NCBI GenBank assembly: GCA_043813585.1
Contig: JBDRKW010000018.1
Location: 3,352 to 67,351, forward strand
DNA: 64,000 nucleotides
Reading direction: 5' to 3'
From: Candidatus Kerfeldbacteria bacterium
GTDB lineage: Bacteria > Patescibacteriota > Patescibacteriia > UBA9570 > XYC2-FULL-38-9
The position numbers and the translations under genes are program-made. The notes beneath the pieces were generated by a model that did no database searches, was not told the origin of the DNA, and saw only the letters and a program-made list of their open reading frames with translations. Shown piece by piece: positions 28,606-39,240 of this stretch; position 1 is the first letter of the stretch, and each line of letters begins with the position of its first letter.

Positions 28606-29178
28606 ATGCATACAGGAGAGGAATCGGCAATATTGGCATCAGAATCGGATGTGCTTGATCCGCGAAAGCTTTTAACGCACACCGGCCTCGGCCCGGGCAT
28701 GACCTGCGCCGATTTTGGCGTCGGGCGCGAAGGGTCGTTTATCCTGACCGCGGCAGATATGGTAACGGCCACAGGCCGCGTGTACGCGCTGGACGTCGTC
28801 AAGGAAATTCTGGAGGTGATTAACGGATTGGCTCAGGACGCGGGGCATGAAAATGTCTTAACAATCTGGACCGATCTGGAGCTGTATGGCGCGGCAAAAG
28901 ACATTGCCGACGGCTTTATCGACGTCGGTCTCCTGGTGAACACCCTCTTCCAGTCTGAACAGAAGGAAGATATGTTCCGTGAATGCATCCGGATGATGCG
29001 TCCGGGAGGCAAGCTGTTAGTTGTCGACTGGAAGCCGGTCAATACGGCATTCGGCCCGCCAAAAGACAAGCGCGTTGATCCGCAGGAAATCAAGACGCTG
29101 GCCACCGGCCTGGGGCTGCAGCTGATTGAAGAGTTTGAGGCAGGCGAGTACCATTGGGGCCAGCTCTACCAGCGATAG
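28606..29178 (+). CDS. Class I SAM-dependent methyltransferase
   Basis: ADFGVG, VYALD, RPGGKLLVVDW..GPP. Confidence 0.85.
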   Translation: MHTGEESAILASESDVLDPRKLLTHTGLGPGMTCADFGVGREGSFILTAADMVTATGRVYALDVVKEILEVINGLAQDAGHENVLTIWTDLELYGAAKDIADGFIDVGLLVNTLFQSEQKEDMFRECIRMMRPGGKLLVVDWKPVNTAFGPPKDKRVDPQEIKTLATGLGLQLIEEFEAGEYHWGQLYQR

Positions 29179-29243
29179 GCTGCATTGGGGCCTAAGGCCT
29201 GAGGAAGTGAAGTATCCACCCGAAAGTGGATTTTTTATTACGC

Positions 29244-29636
29244 ATGACAACATATAGAACACAAATCGGGAAACAAGGAGAAGGAATTGCCGCTGCATAT
29301 CTGCAGCAGCAGGGGTTTACGATTTGCGCGCGCAATATATACACGCGATGGGGGGAGATCGACATTCTCGCAACAAAAGGGACCGACCTTCATATCATAG
29401 AGGTGAAAACCAGGACCGGCATGAAGTTTGGCGGGGCTGTTTGTGCGCTAACTTATAAGAAATTCATCAGGATGAAACGCACCTTCAGCGCGGCCCTGCA
29501 GGCAGGCGAACAGGCAGTATGCAATGCCAAAAAATCCACAAGAAATACGCATTTTTCCTTCATTGCAGTCACGATTCAGGGGGAAAATGAGACAATTACG
29601 CCATATTGGGATATCTCCTTGCAGGACTTTGGATAA
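29244..29636 (+). CDS. YraN family nuclease-like protein
   Basis: GE..AA.YL...G, GEIDI, EVKTR. Confidence 0.88.
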   Translation: MTTYRTQIGKQGEGIAAAYLQQQGFTICARNIYTRWGEIDILATKGTDLHIIEVKTRTGMKFGGAVCALTYKKFIRMKRTFSAALQAGEQAVCNAKKSTRNTHFSFIAVTIQGENETITPYWDISLQDFG

Positions 29637-29887
29637 ACAGGTGAAATCTCCACTTGCCACCTCACAATGAATCCCGTACAATATGCGAGCCGTTCTTTTA
29701 CAATCGTTTTATTACCAAACTCGGTAGGGGGAGGCGTCCCCTTTTTGATTTGTAAAAGGACGCCTCGTTCCGTCGGACTGATCCGATTTAAGGGCGCTTT
29801 CGCGCGTTTGATAACGACGACGGCGGACGGGCAGATTATCTTATTAATTTGTTCCTCCATCACTTGATGCGAGGTTATAAAACCACT

Positions 29888-31087
29888 ATGAAGAAGGCAC
29901 TATTATGTGTGATTAGTGTCATTGTTGTCTTTCTTGTCGGCGTCTCAAGCGTGAGCGCCGCAGGACTTCCTGCTCCAACGCTGTTTGCGCCGGAGCACGG
30001 ATCATTTACCACAAGTTCACTGCCAGTCATCACGGGGGTCGCCCCGGCTGGCATGCGAATTGCCGTTTATATCGATGACACCTTTAACGGCTACGCAACG
30101 ACAGTCAGTGAAGCGAACGGTACGCAAAGCTTTGCGTATACCCCGTTCCTCGCACTGAACCCGGGAACCCACTATCTCAAAGCGCGCACTGAAAATGTTG
30201 AAACAGGCGTGCGAAGCGACGTGTGCGACACTCAAATGTTCACGATCGAATACCACATCCCGGCCCCGACCATTCTGGATACGGTCATCAATGAGGAATC
30301 CTCTTGGGACCAGCCATGGATCGTCGGCCTTGCCACGAGCGGAGCTGAAGTAGTCGTCTGGATTGACGGCAAACTCGACGGAACGGTAAAAGCCACAACA
30401 GATGCATCAGGCGTAGGGAACTTTGCCTACAAACCCTCGTTTAAACTGACAAGCGGTTCGCACGCTTTTACGGCGATCGCCCAGGCAAAACGCGGAAACG
30501 GTACGCTGAAGTCCAGCCTGACATCGGATGCATTCACGACAAGCGTATATGACCCGAGCCTCTATGTTGCGCAGACCGTTACTGAAGTTGAGCAAACAGA
30601 GGAAGCCCAGCCCGAAGAACAGGCAGAAGAGAGCCAGGAAGCTAACCAGGAAGAAGAGCCGAAGACCAACGAAGAGGTAGAAGCTGAAGTGGAAGAAGCC
30701 CTCGGCGATACCGGCACTCTGGAAGAGGAGGAGATCTCTGACGAAGAGTCCGGCGGCGAAGAGGCTTCGGAAGAAGAGGCCATGTCATCTGAAGAAGGCG
30801 GCAGCGAAGGCGAAGGCAGCGAAGGCGAAGGAGGAGAGGCCGCAGGCGAGGAAGAAAATAACACGCTGACATTCCTCGGCTGGCTGACACTGCTCGTCGT
30901 TGCAGTCATCGTTGTCACTCGCATCCGGAAACGGCGCGATAACGCGGGCTCGGGCCCGTCGTTCACGCCCGGATCAGGAGACAGCGGCGATACATCAGAC
31001 GACGGACAGCAGCAGCTGGAACTGAAAGGATCTGACGAGAATAAAAACATCGAAGTTATCAAGAAAGGACCAAAAGACAACAACTAA
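29888..31087 (+). CDS. Cell-surface protein: signal peptide, two Ig-like domains, acidic linker, C-terminal TM
   Basis: Repeated P.I.G.A..G..V.V.ID modules, Glu-rich stretch, TM followed by RIRKRR. Confidence 0.8.
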   Translation: MKKALLCVISVIVVFLVGVSSVSAAGLPAPTLFAPEHGSFTTSSLPVITGVAPAGMRIAVYIDDTFNGYATTVSEANGTQSFAYTPFLALNPGTHYLKARTENVETGVRSDVCDTQMFTIEYHIPAPTILDTVINEESSWDQPWIVGLATSGAEVVVWIDGKLDGTVKATTDASGVGNFAYKPSFKLTSGSHAFTAIAQAKRGNGTLKSSLTSDAFTTSVYDPSLYVAQTVTEVEQTEEAQPEEQAEESQEANQEEEPKTNEEVEAEVEEALGDTGTLEEEEISDEESGGEEASEEEAMSSEEGGSEGEGSEGEGGEAAGEEENNTLTFLGWLTLLVVAVIVVTRIRKRRDNAGSGPSFTPGSGDSGDTSDDGQQQLELKGSDENKNIEVIKKGPKDNN

Positions 31088-31108
31088 TCACACGCACAAC
31101 AAAACAAT

Positions 31109-31135
31109 AAACCGCCCGTAAATGGGCGGTTTTTG
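31109..31135 (+). terminator. Intrinsic terminator
   Basis: AACCGCCC-GTAAAT-GGGCGGTT followed by T-run. Confidence 0.75.
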
Positions 31136-31225
31136 TCATATTGACAGATTGCGCACGCGAGTTATACTTCAATTGCTAGTATCTTATTGATGCTAGTTTT
31201 TTAATGCCTAATAAAATAATGACAT

Positions 31226-32521
31226 ATGGCAAAAAGCGAATTAAATCTCGCGATTGAGCAGCTCTGCGACGAGAAGAACATCCCGTACGAGTCTGTGATC
31301 GAATCGATCGAAGCGGCGTTGGCCGTCGCATACCGGAAGGAAAGCGGCAACAAGATGCTGAACGTTCGCGTTGAGTTCAATACTGACGATGGGACGAGCC
31401 GGTTTTTTGACGTGAAGACGGTTACTGAAGATCCGCCGGAAGAAGAGCTGGAAGAGCTCGAGAAGAAAGCGGAAGCGGAAAAGAATGAAGAAGAGAAAGG
31501 CAGACGAAGAGACGACAAGAAGGAAGGCAAAGACGAGGAAGAAGAGAAGCGGTTCAACCCGCGTACTGACGTTGGCATTACAGATGCGCTTCAGATTAAG
31601 GAAGACGCCGAAATCGGCGATGAGATTATTTCAGAACTGCCGACGCCCGAAGACTTTGGCCGCGTTGCGGCGCAGACCGCTAAGCAGGTGATTATCCAAA
31701 AACTGCGCGAAGCGGAGCGCGAAACACTATTCAACCAGTACAAGGACCGCGTTGGCGAAATCGTGAACGCCACCGTACACCGCGTGGAAGGCCGCATGGT
31801 CTATATGGACCTTGGCCAGGCAACGGCGCTGATGCCGCCTCCGGAACAATCGCCGAATGAACGGTATAATATCGGCGACCGGTATAAGGTATTCCTGCGC
31901 TCTGTTGAACAGGGACGCCGTGGCCCGGAGATTATCGCGTCGCGCACTGCATCAGAGATGGTTGAAGAATTATTTAAGATGGAAGTGCCGGAGATCAGCT
32001 CAGGTTCTATTGAGGTAAAGGCAGTTGCCCGCGAAGCAGGCTCCCGTTCGAAGATTGCGGTTATCAGCCTGGTAGACAACATCGATCCGATCGGGTCCTG
32101 TGTTGGCCAGCGAGGCGCGCGCGTGCAGACAGTAATGAGCGAGCTCGGCGGCGAGAAGATCGACATCATTGAATGGGACGACGACGCCGTGAAGTTCATC
32201 GTGAACTCACTGTCACCCGCTAAGGTCATCTCTGTGAAGCTTGATGAAAAAGAAAAAATTGCAAAGGCATATGTTGTAGAAGACCAGCTGTCGCTTGCAA
32301 TCGGCAAAGGCGGCCAGAACGTGCGGCTTGCAGCCAAGCTATCCGGCTGGAAGATTGATATAGTAAAGGATGAAAGCGGTGCGTCAGAAGAAAGCGGAGA
32401 AGCTGAAGACAAAGAAGAAGCTCCAAAAGAAGCGAAGAAAAAAGACGATAAGAAAGAAGAAAAGCCAAAAGCAAAGAAAGAGGACGATAAAAAAGACAAG
32501 GACAAGAAAGAAGATAAATAA
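31226..32521 (+). CDS. nusA: Transcription termination/antitermination factor NusA
   Basis: [23 protein letters not shown]1 and KH domains, [14 protein letters not shown]. Confidence 0.97.
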   Translation: MAKSELNLAIEQLCDEKNIPYESVIESIEAALAVAYRKESGNKMLNVRVEFNTDDGTSRFFDVKTVTEDPPEEELEELEKKAEAEKNEEEKGRRRDDKKEGKDEEEEKRFNPRTDVGITDALQIKEDAEIGDEIISELPTPEDFGRVAAQTAKQVIIQKLREAERETLFNQYKDRVGEIVNATVHRVEGRMVYMDLGQATALMPPPEQSPNERYNIGDRYKVFLRSVEQGRRGPEIIASRTASEMVEELFKMEVPEISSGSIEVKAVAREAGSRSKIAVISLVDNIDPIGSCVGQRGARVQTVMSELGGEKIDIIEWDDDAVKFIVNSLSPAKVISVKLDEKEKIAKAYVVEDQLSLAIGKGGQNVRLAAKLSGWKIDIVKDESGASEESGEAEDKEEAPKEAKKKDDKKEEKPKAKKEDDKKDKDKKEDK

Positions 32522-32541
32522 GACGTAACACTACAGAACGT

Positions 32542-34536
32542 ATGAACACGTTTATCATTTTTGCCCTGATCAGCGCGGCCGTAGCCATCGTGTACGGCAT
32601 CATCCTTGCGCGTTCGGTGCTTAAGAAAGATGCAGGATCTGAAAAGATGCAGGAGATTGCAAGCGCAATCCAAACAGGCGCAAAAGCCTACCTTAACCGG
32701 CAATACCGAACCATCGCGATTATCGGTGTGTTGATATTCGGCCTGTTATGGCTGGTTCTTGACCTGTCGACGGCCCTCGGTTTTGCAACCGGTGCAGTAT
32801 TATCCGGACTTGCCGGATATATCGGCATGACTGTTTCTGTTCGCGCTAACGTGCGTACGGCAGAGGCTGCAAAAGGCGGCATCCGCAAAGCAATGGCTGT
32901 TGCCGTCAACGGCGGCGCAGTTACCGGATTGCTCGTTGTTGGCCTGGCGCTTCTGGGCGTTGCAGGATTCTATGCATTGTCCGGAGACGTGAAAGCATTA
33001 ATCGGCCTCGGATTCGGAGGCAGCCTTATTTCGGTCTTTGCCCGTCTTGGCGGCGGTATCTTTACCAAAGCTGCAGATGTTGGCGCAGACCTTGTTGGAA
33101 AAGTAGAAGCGGGAATCCCGGAAGACGACCCTCGCAACCCGGCTGTGATCGCCGATAACGTAGGTGATAACGTGGGAGACTGCGCGGGAATGGCTGCGGA
33201 CCTGTTTGAAACCTACGCGGTGACCTCGGTTGCGGCAATGCTCCTGGGCTCGCTCGCGTTTCAAGGCTTTGAAAACGCCCTCTTCTATCCTTTGGTGCTT
33301 GGCGGCGTGGCTATTCTTACATCCATTGTCGGAAGCTGGTTCATCCGCCTCGGCAAGAACGAAAATATCATGAACGCGCTGTACAAAGGCATGGCTGTTG
33401 CCGGCGTGCTTGCGGCCGTCCTGTTCTACCCGGTCACCAAGTGGCTGATGGCAGACAACGGCGAGTACACCGTTGCTGAATTATATGTTGCCGCGCTTGT
33501 TGGACTTGTTGTTACCGCAGCGCTCGTTATCATCACGGAATATTACACCTCAACAAAATACGACCCGGTTCGCTCAATTGCAGAGGCATCCAAGGCGGGC
33601 CATGCCACAAACATCATTCAGGGTCTTGCCGTTTCACTAAAGTCGACCGCCCTGCCCGTGATCGTTATTGTTGCCGGCATCCTGGTTGCGCATGACTTTG
33701 CGGGCCTCTACGGAATTGCTGTTGCTGCCATGTCCATGCTCTCAATGGCGGGCATCATCGTCACTATCGACGCGTACGGCCCTATTACAGACAACGCCGG
33801 CGGAATCGCAGAAATGGCTGAACTGCCGGAAGAGGTGCGCAACGTTACTGACCCCCTCGACGCTGTTGGCAATACCACAAAAGCAGTTACAAAAGGATAT
33901 GCGATCGGCTCTGCCGCTTTGGCAGCGTTGGTGCTGTTTGCGGCATACACGCAGGAATTTGCCGACCTCGGTAAAACCCTCACCTTTATGCTTGAAGATC
34001 CGAAAGTAATTGTGGGCCTGTTCATCGGCGGCCTGCTGCCGTATTACTTCAGCGCGCTGTCCATGGAAGCGGTCGGGAAGACTGCAGGCAAGGTGGTGGA
34101 AGAAGTGCGCCGCCAGTTCAAAGAAAAAAAAGGCATCATGGACGGCACGGAAAAGCCGGACTATGCCCGCACCGTTGATATTGTTACCAAGGCAGCGATC
34201 AAGCAGATGATCATTCCTGCCCTTATCCCCATTGTCGTGCCTATCTTGGTTGGCTTCCTGCTTGGACCGGTCGCGCTCGGCGGCCTGCTGGTCGGAAGCA
34301 TCGTCACCGGCTTGTTCATGGCAATCTCCATGACTTCCGGCGGAGGCGCATGGGACAATGCGAAAAAATACATTGAAGACGGCCATCTCGGCGGCAAGGG
34401 CTCTGATGCCCACAAAGCTGCTGTAACCGGTGATACCGTCGGTGATCCGTATAAGGACACCGCAGGACCTGCAATCAACCCGATGATCAAGATACTGAAC
34501 ATCGTCGCGCTCTTACTCGTAGTATTCCTCGTATAA
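32542..34536 (+). CDS. hppA: Membrane-bound pyrophosphatase, K+-independent type
   Basis: [35 protein letters not shown] (Lys variant), [11 protein letters not shown]. Confidence 0.95.
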   Translation: MNTFIIFALISAAVAIVYGIILARSVLKKDAGSEKMQEIASAIQTGAKAYLNRQYRTIAIIGVLIFGLLWLVLDLSTALGFATGAVLSGLAGYIGMTVSVRANVRTAEAAKGGIRKAMAVAVNGGAVTGLLVVGLALLGVAGFYALSGDVKALIGLGFGGSLISVFARLGGGIFTKAADVGADLVGKVEAGIPEDDPRNPAVIADNVGDNVGDCAGMAADLFETYAVTSVAAMLLGSLAFQGFENALFYPLVLGGVAILTSIVGSWFIRLGKNENIMNALYKGMAVAGVLAAVLFYPVTKWLMADNGEYTVAELYVAALVGLVVTAALVIITEYYTSTKYDPVRSIAEASKAGHATNIIQGLAVSLKSTALPVIVIVAGILVAHDFAGLYGIAVAAMSMLSMAGIIVTIDAYGPITDNAGGIAEMAELPEEVRNVTDPLDAVGNTTKAVTKGYAIGSAALAALVLFAAYTQEFADLGKTLTFMLEDPKVIVGLFIGGLLPYYFSALSMEAVGKTAGKVVEEVRRQFKEKKGIMDGTEKPDYARTVDIVTKAAIKQMIIPALIPIVVPILVGFLLGPVALGGLLVGSIVTGLFMAISMTSGGGAWDNAKKYIEDGHLGGKGSDAHKAAVTGDTVGDPYKDTAGPAINPMIKILNIVALLLVVFLV

Positions 34537-35853
34537 ATGAAAGTTACCGTCAATAAAAAGGAAAAAGCCGAGGTCGAACTGACCATCGAAGTTCCTATTG
34601 AGGAAGTGAAGCCGCATGTTGAAGAGGCGGCAAAAAGGATCTCCAAAGAGGTGGAGATCAAGGGCTTCCGCAAAGGGAAGGTCCCGTATGACGTGCTGGC
34701 AAAGCATGTTGGCGAGGCCACGATTTATGAAGAGGCATTTAATGCGGTTGTTGAAGCAACCTATCCGAAAGCGCTCGAGCAGGAAAAGATCGACGTGATC
34801 GGGCGTGCGAATATAGACACGGAAAAAGTCGCGCCGGGCAATCCAATCGTATACAAAGCAACAGCGCCGCTGATGCCGACGATCACGCTTGGCGACTACA
34901 AAGGCATCAAAGCAAAGAAGAAGATCGAGAAGCTCGATGAAAAGAAGTTCGAAAAGACTCTCGACGACCTGCGCCGCATGCGTTCCAAGGAAAAGCTCGT
35001 GAACCGCGAGGCAAAGGACGGCGACAAGATCCTGATGGACTTTGACGTCAAGATCGATAACGTGCCGATTGAAGGCGGCCAGGGCACCAATTCGGAGCTC
35101 GTGCTCGGCAGCGGCCAGTTCATCCCCGGTTTTGAAGAAAACATCGTCGGGATGAAGAAGGGCGAGAAAAAAACCTTTGAAGCAACCTTTCCGAAGGACT
35201 ACCACAAGAAGGACATAGCTGGAAAGAAAGCCGAAGTGGACGTGACCCTGCACGAAGTCTACGAAATCGAACTGCCGGAGATCACAGACGAATTTGCAAA
35301 GGAGATAAACTTTGCTTCTGCCGAGGATCTAAAAAAAGAGCTGCGCTCCAATCTTACGCGCGAGCTGGAACAGCAGGCGCAGGAACTGTTTGAGGTGTCT
35401 GCCATTAAGGAAATCGTGGAGAAATCGCAAATCCAGAAATTGTCTGACTCGCTTCTGGACGACGAAGCCAACAAGATGCTGCACGAAGCAAAGCACGAGA
35501 TCATGCAGCAGGGCATGAAGTTCGAGGACTACCTCCAGCACATTAAGAAGACCGAGGAAGAGGTACTGAAGGATATGCATAGCCGCGCGAACGACCGCCT
35601 GCAGGCGGCGTTGGTGATGCGCGAGCTCGCTGTTGCCGAAGATATCAAGGTGGCGGCCTCAGAGGTGGACAAGGAGCTGGAAGAGATGAAGAAGCTCTAC
35701 GAAAAGATGCCGGAGATGACGCAGGAAGTGGACACGCCGCAGCAGCGCCAGCGGCTTGAAAGCATTATCTTCCATAAGAAGGTGTTTGAACGGCTTGCGG
35801 ATTACACCGAAGGCAGGAAGCCGGCCACAGCAGAAAAAAAGAAAGCTGAATAA
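34537..35853 (+). CDS. tig: Trigger factor
   Basis: GFRKGKVP; FKBP domain FIPGFEE. Confidence 0.96.
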   Translation: MKVTVNKKEKAEVELTIEVPIEEVKPHVEEAAKRISKEVEIKGFRKGKVPYDVLAKHVGEATIYEEAFNAVVEATYPKALEQEKIDVIGRANIDTEKVAPGNPIVYKATAPLMPTITLGDYKGIKAKKKIEKLDEKKFEKTLDDLRRMRSKEKLVNREAKDGDKILMDFDVKIDNVPIEGGQGTNSELVLGSGQFIPGFEENIVGMKKGEKKTFEATFPKDYHKKDIAGKKAEVDVTLHEVYEIELPEITDEFAKEINFASAEDLKKELRSNLTRELEQQAQELFEVSAIKEIVEKSQIQKLSDSLLDDEANKMLHEAKHEIMQQGMKFEDYLQHIKKTEEEVLKDMHSRANDRLQAALVMRELAVAEDIKVAASEVDKELEEMKKLYEKMPEMTQEVDTPQQRQRLESIIFHKKVFERLADYTEGRKPATAEKKKAE

Positions 35854-35962
35854 TAATTTCAAGCGACGTATAAAGGCGGCTCCATACAACAGGGCCGCTT
35901 TTTGAGTAAAAAAAGAAGATCATTTCAGGCTCCTCGTCCTGATATATCTTCTTCCTCTGTGG

Positions 35963-36556
35963 TCAAGGGCCCGCGGTCTCCAGGCTGATCTGGCGGATGA
36001 GCATGAACGCATCACGCTCGCGCCACCTCTGCTCGATGAGCAGGAATGGGTTCGGGTTCGGCAGAACCACGAGCCATAACTGGTACACGCCGGGCTCTGC
36101 ATTGTGCATGTAGAAATGCCAGTCGTCGGCAAACCCTTCGACGATTTCGATTGGGTTGCCCTCTCCATCAGCGACGACCAGGTAGAGCGTGTCCTCTTCA
36201 GTGCAGTTCGTGCAGATCAAACCAAGCCCCACATGAACATAGCCTTCTTCCGGGCAGTCGAAAAACCCGGCAGCCTGCGCATCCCGCGTGCAGACAAGCT
36301 CTTCAAGAAAGTCAAAGTCCGGGAGCCCGAACTCCTCCCTGAACGCCAGCAGCGACTCGACCTCTTCCACAGAGATCGGAGCATCAGCCTCGTCACAGGC
36401 CTCCTGCTCGACTATCCAGGCCGACGCCTGGGCCGTGTCAGCGGCTGCTTCATTGTTCCGTTCGTCGGCAGCAGTCCGCAGCGCTTGTCGCGAAGCGGTA
36501 CAGCCGAAGAGCGAGACGATGATAGCAATCATTATAGGTACATGGCTTCGCAACAT
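35963..36556 (-). CDS. Hypothetical lipoprotein
   Basis: Lipobox-like LFGC, RBS GGGAGG. Confidence 0.65.
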   Translation of the reverse strand: MLRSHVPIMIAIIVSLFGCTASRQALRTAADERNNEAAADTAQASAWIVEQEACDEADAPISVEEVESLLAFREEFGLPDFDFLEELVCTRDAQAAGFFDCPEEGYVHVGLGLICTNCTEEDTLYLVVADGEGNPIEIVEGFADDWHFYMHNAEPGVYQLWLVVLPNPNPFLLIEQRWRERDAFMLIRQISLETAGP

Positions 36557-36650
36557 CTTATCCTCCCCTTGTTGAAAATCACCATCACGGCGCTGATAGT
36601 ATCGTGAACGATTCTATCTGTCAATTTGAAAATAATGTTATAATACAGGC

Positions 36651-37493
36651 ATGCAAAAGCTAGGAACACACGTCTCTGCAGCCGGCGGTATCAGTAATGC
36701 GCCGGTAAACGCAAAGGAAGAAGGATGCGAGACTTTCCAATTTTTCATGCATCCGCCGCAACAATACAAATTCCCGGCGCTGCCGGACAACGAGGTGTCG
36801 GCATTCCTGAAAAACTGCAAGAAGTTTGGCTTCACCGACTATTTCGTACACGCGTCGTATCTTATAAACCTCGCTTCACCAAACAACCGAATCCGCTATG
36901 GAGCGATTAATTTGCTCAAGAAAGCATTGATAGAAGGAAGCAAAGTGAAGGTCAGCGGCGTGATGTTCCATGCCGGAACAGCGACCGGCCAGCCAAACCG
37001 TCCGGCGGCAATCCGAAAAGCCATCGAGTCGATCAACAAAATTCTAGACGGCTACACCGGCCATACGAAACTGCTCATAGAAAACGCAGCCGGCGCGGGC
37101 GCAACATTAGGCCGGTCATTCAAGGAAGTCGGCCGGATGATGCGGGGCGTAAAGAACCAGGCAAAGATCAGCGTATGCATGGATACGCAGCATTCATTTG
37201 CGTCGGGATATGACTGGACCACAACAGCCGGAACAAACAAGGCGCTGGCAGAATTATCAAAAGAGGTCGGCATGCGCAAGCTCGCTGTCATTCATGCAAA
37301 CGATTCCAAAGCCGACTGCGGCTCGAACAAGGACCGGCACGAGCATATTGGCAAAGGCAAAATCGGGAAAGAGGGATTTGCCCGCCTACTCCATCATCCC
37401 AAGCTGCAAAACAAACCATTCATATTAGAAACACCGCGCGACGGAAGAAAAGCTGACTTAAAAGCATTAAGAACAATTCAAAAAGCGAAATGA
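36651..37493 (+). CDS. nfo: Endonuclease IV
   Basis: GTHVS.AGG, HASYLINLAS, LIEN.AG, C.DTQH.FASG, H.NDS, DRHE.IG.G, ETP. Confidence 0.95.
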   Translation: MQKLGTHVSAAGGISNAPVNAKEEGCETFQFFMHPPQQYKFPALPDNEVSAFLKNCKKFGFTDYFVHASYLINLASPNNRIRYGAINLLKKALIEGSKVKVSGVMFHAGTATGQPNRPAAIRKAIESINKILDGYTGHTKLLIENAAGAGATLGRSFKEVGRMMRGVKNQAKISVCMDTQHSFASGYDWTTTAGTNKALAELSKEVGMRKLAVIHANDSKADCGSNKDRHEHIGKGKIGKEGFARLLHHPKLQNKPFILETPRDGRKADLKALRTIQKAK

Positions 37494-38239
37494 AAGTTAC
37501 ATTACTCGGAACAGGGACATTCAGGCCGGACACGGAACATGGGTCAGCCGGTATGACCGTGCAAACCGAAACGACAGCCATCCAGCTCGACATGGGCCGC
37601 GGGAACCTAATGAACATGGCACGCGCCGGCATTGACTGGAAAACGCTACAGGCAGTTTATATCACCCATGTCCATCCGGACCACATCAGCGACATTATGC
37701 AGTACCTCCAGGCCTATACCCTGCTGTATGAAACAGGCGAGGTCACAACCGACCTTCAGATTTTCGGTCCGCGCGATTTTAAAGCGTTCTTTGACCATCT
37801 TCGGCGGGTCATTATCACGCATTGGACCAAAATACCGCAGGTAACAGACCTTATTGATGAGACAGTGGCGGTTGGTGATATGTCCGTGACCGCGTTCCCG
37901 ATGACGCATACGGTAGAAGCGAACGGGTATCGCGTAGAAGCAGGCGGCCAGGTGCTGGCATATACAGGGGACACCGGTATGAATGAGAATCTGGTCAAAC
38001 TCGCGCATAATGCGGACGTTCTTATCACAGAATGCGCCAATACAAACCATATTATTGTGGAAGGACACCTCTCTCCGAAGCAAATTGCACAGGTAGCAAC
38101 CGACGCAAACGTGAAAAAAGTCGTGCTGACGCACTACCCGCCAAAGGAAGAAGAACGGCAAAAACGGGCTGAACAGGTGCGCCAGGCATTTGACGGCGAG
38201 GTGATTGCAGGGCAAGATACACTAGTAATCGAACTATAA
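37490..38239 (+). CDS. MBL-fold metallo-hydrolase (RNase Z/AtsA-like)
   Basis: LLGTG, THVHPDH, YTGDT, LTH. Confidence 0.88.
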   Translation: MKVTLLGTGTFRPDTEHGSAGMTVQTETTAIQLDMGRGNLMNMARAGIDWKTLQAVYITHVHPDHISDIMQYLQAYTLLYETGEVTTDLQIFGPRDFKAFFDHLRRVIITHWTKIPQVTDLIDETVAVGDMSVTAFPMTHTVEANGYRVEAGGQVLAYTGDTGMNENLVKLAHNADVLITECANTNHIIVEGHLSPKQIAQVATDANVKKVVLTHYPPKEEERQKRAEQVRQAFDGEVIAGQDTLVIEL

Positions 38240-39045
38240 TGCCAAAATCAACCAAAATACCGCCATTTAAAGAATTCGCCATCGGCGTCTGTATGCGTTC
38301 GGGAACCATCCTGATGCGCAACTTTGCCGATGCAACGCGGCGCACGCCAACCAAGAAAAACCGTTTTGAGCTGGTGACGAAGTCGGACATGGAAGTGCAC
38401 CGGTTTGTTTCGTTCAAGATCAAGCAGCAGTTTCCCGACCATAACTTCGTGAGCGAGGAAGGCGACCTGATCGACCGCGGTTCGCAGTACACCTGGGTGG
38501 TGGATCCGCTTGACGGGACGCTAAACTACACCGTTTCCAATCCGTTCTTTGCCACGTCGCTGATATTGCTTGACGGCGAGACGCCGATCATCGGCGTCAT
38601 CTACGCGCCGTTCAGCCAGGAGATGTTTGTAGCGGAAAAAGGACGTTCCGCACGGCTGAATGAACGCAACATTAAAGTATCGCAGGTGAAGAAGCTGCGA
38701 AACTCCGTCTTGTCATTCGCCTATTTCCAGCGCGACAAGAAATCACGTGAACGGCTGATGAAAGTATGGGGCACGTTCGAGGAAAACAGCAGGGCCATGC
38801 GGCATTTCGGCTGCACCTCGCTGGAGTTGGCGTATGTCGCCTGCGGACGCATGGAAGCACAGATTATCTCCCCGCCGCTGCGGCTGTGGGATGTTTCTGC
38901 CGGCATGCTCATGGTGGAAGTGGCCGGCGGCAAGATCACTGATTTTGAAGGGAAGAAATGGGGCGGCCTGGATGACGGGTTGGTTGCATCGAACGGACTG
39001 GTTCACAGCCAGATACTTAGCCTGCTCAAGAAAGCAAAGACATAA
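38239..39045 (+). CDS. suhB: Inositol monophosphatase family (SuhB-like)
   Basis: SEE, WVVDPLDGTLNY, WDV.AG. Confidence 0.9.
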   Translation: MPKSTKIPPFKEFAIGVCMRSGTILMRNFADATRRTPTKKNRFELVTKSDMEVHRFVSFKIKQQFPDHNFVSEEGDLIDRGSQYTWVVDPLDGTLNYTVSNPFFATSLILLDGETPIIGVIYAPFSQEMFVAEKGRSARLNERNIKVSQVKKLRNSVLSFAYFQRDKKSRERLMKVWGTFEENSRAMRHFGCTSLELAYVACGRMEAQIISPPLRLWDVSAGMLMVEVAGGKITDFEGKKWGGLDDGLVASNGLVHSQILSLLKKAKT

Positions 39046-39097
39046 CGCCCATTACACGATAATAACAAAAACGCCGGATCAGTCCGGCGTTTTTTTG

Positions 39098-39179
39098 TGC
39101 CCAGGGTGGGACTCGAACCCACATGAGTAGAACTCGCGACATTTTAAGTGTCGTGCGTATACCATTTCGCCACCCGGGC
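39098..39179 (-). tRNA. tRNA-Leu(TAA)
   Basis: CGACA-CT-TAA-AA-TGTCG; long variable arm. Confidence 0.93.
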
Positions 39180-39240
39180 TGAAACAAAATGGGCTTTTCA
39201 GCCCATGCAGTATAGTGAGAGCGGTAATAAAAATCAATAC

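Noticed and set aside
29179-29240. Possible c-di-GMP riboswitch fragment (GGCCTAAG, GAAA-containing hairpin)
   Set aside because: No P1/P2 consensus; more simply a terminator.
30590-30860. GAA/GGC-rich repeats as a possible array
   Set aside because: They encode the acidic linker of a surface protein.
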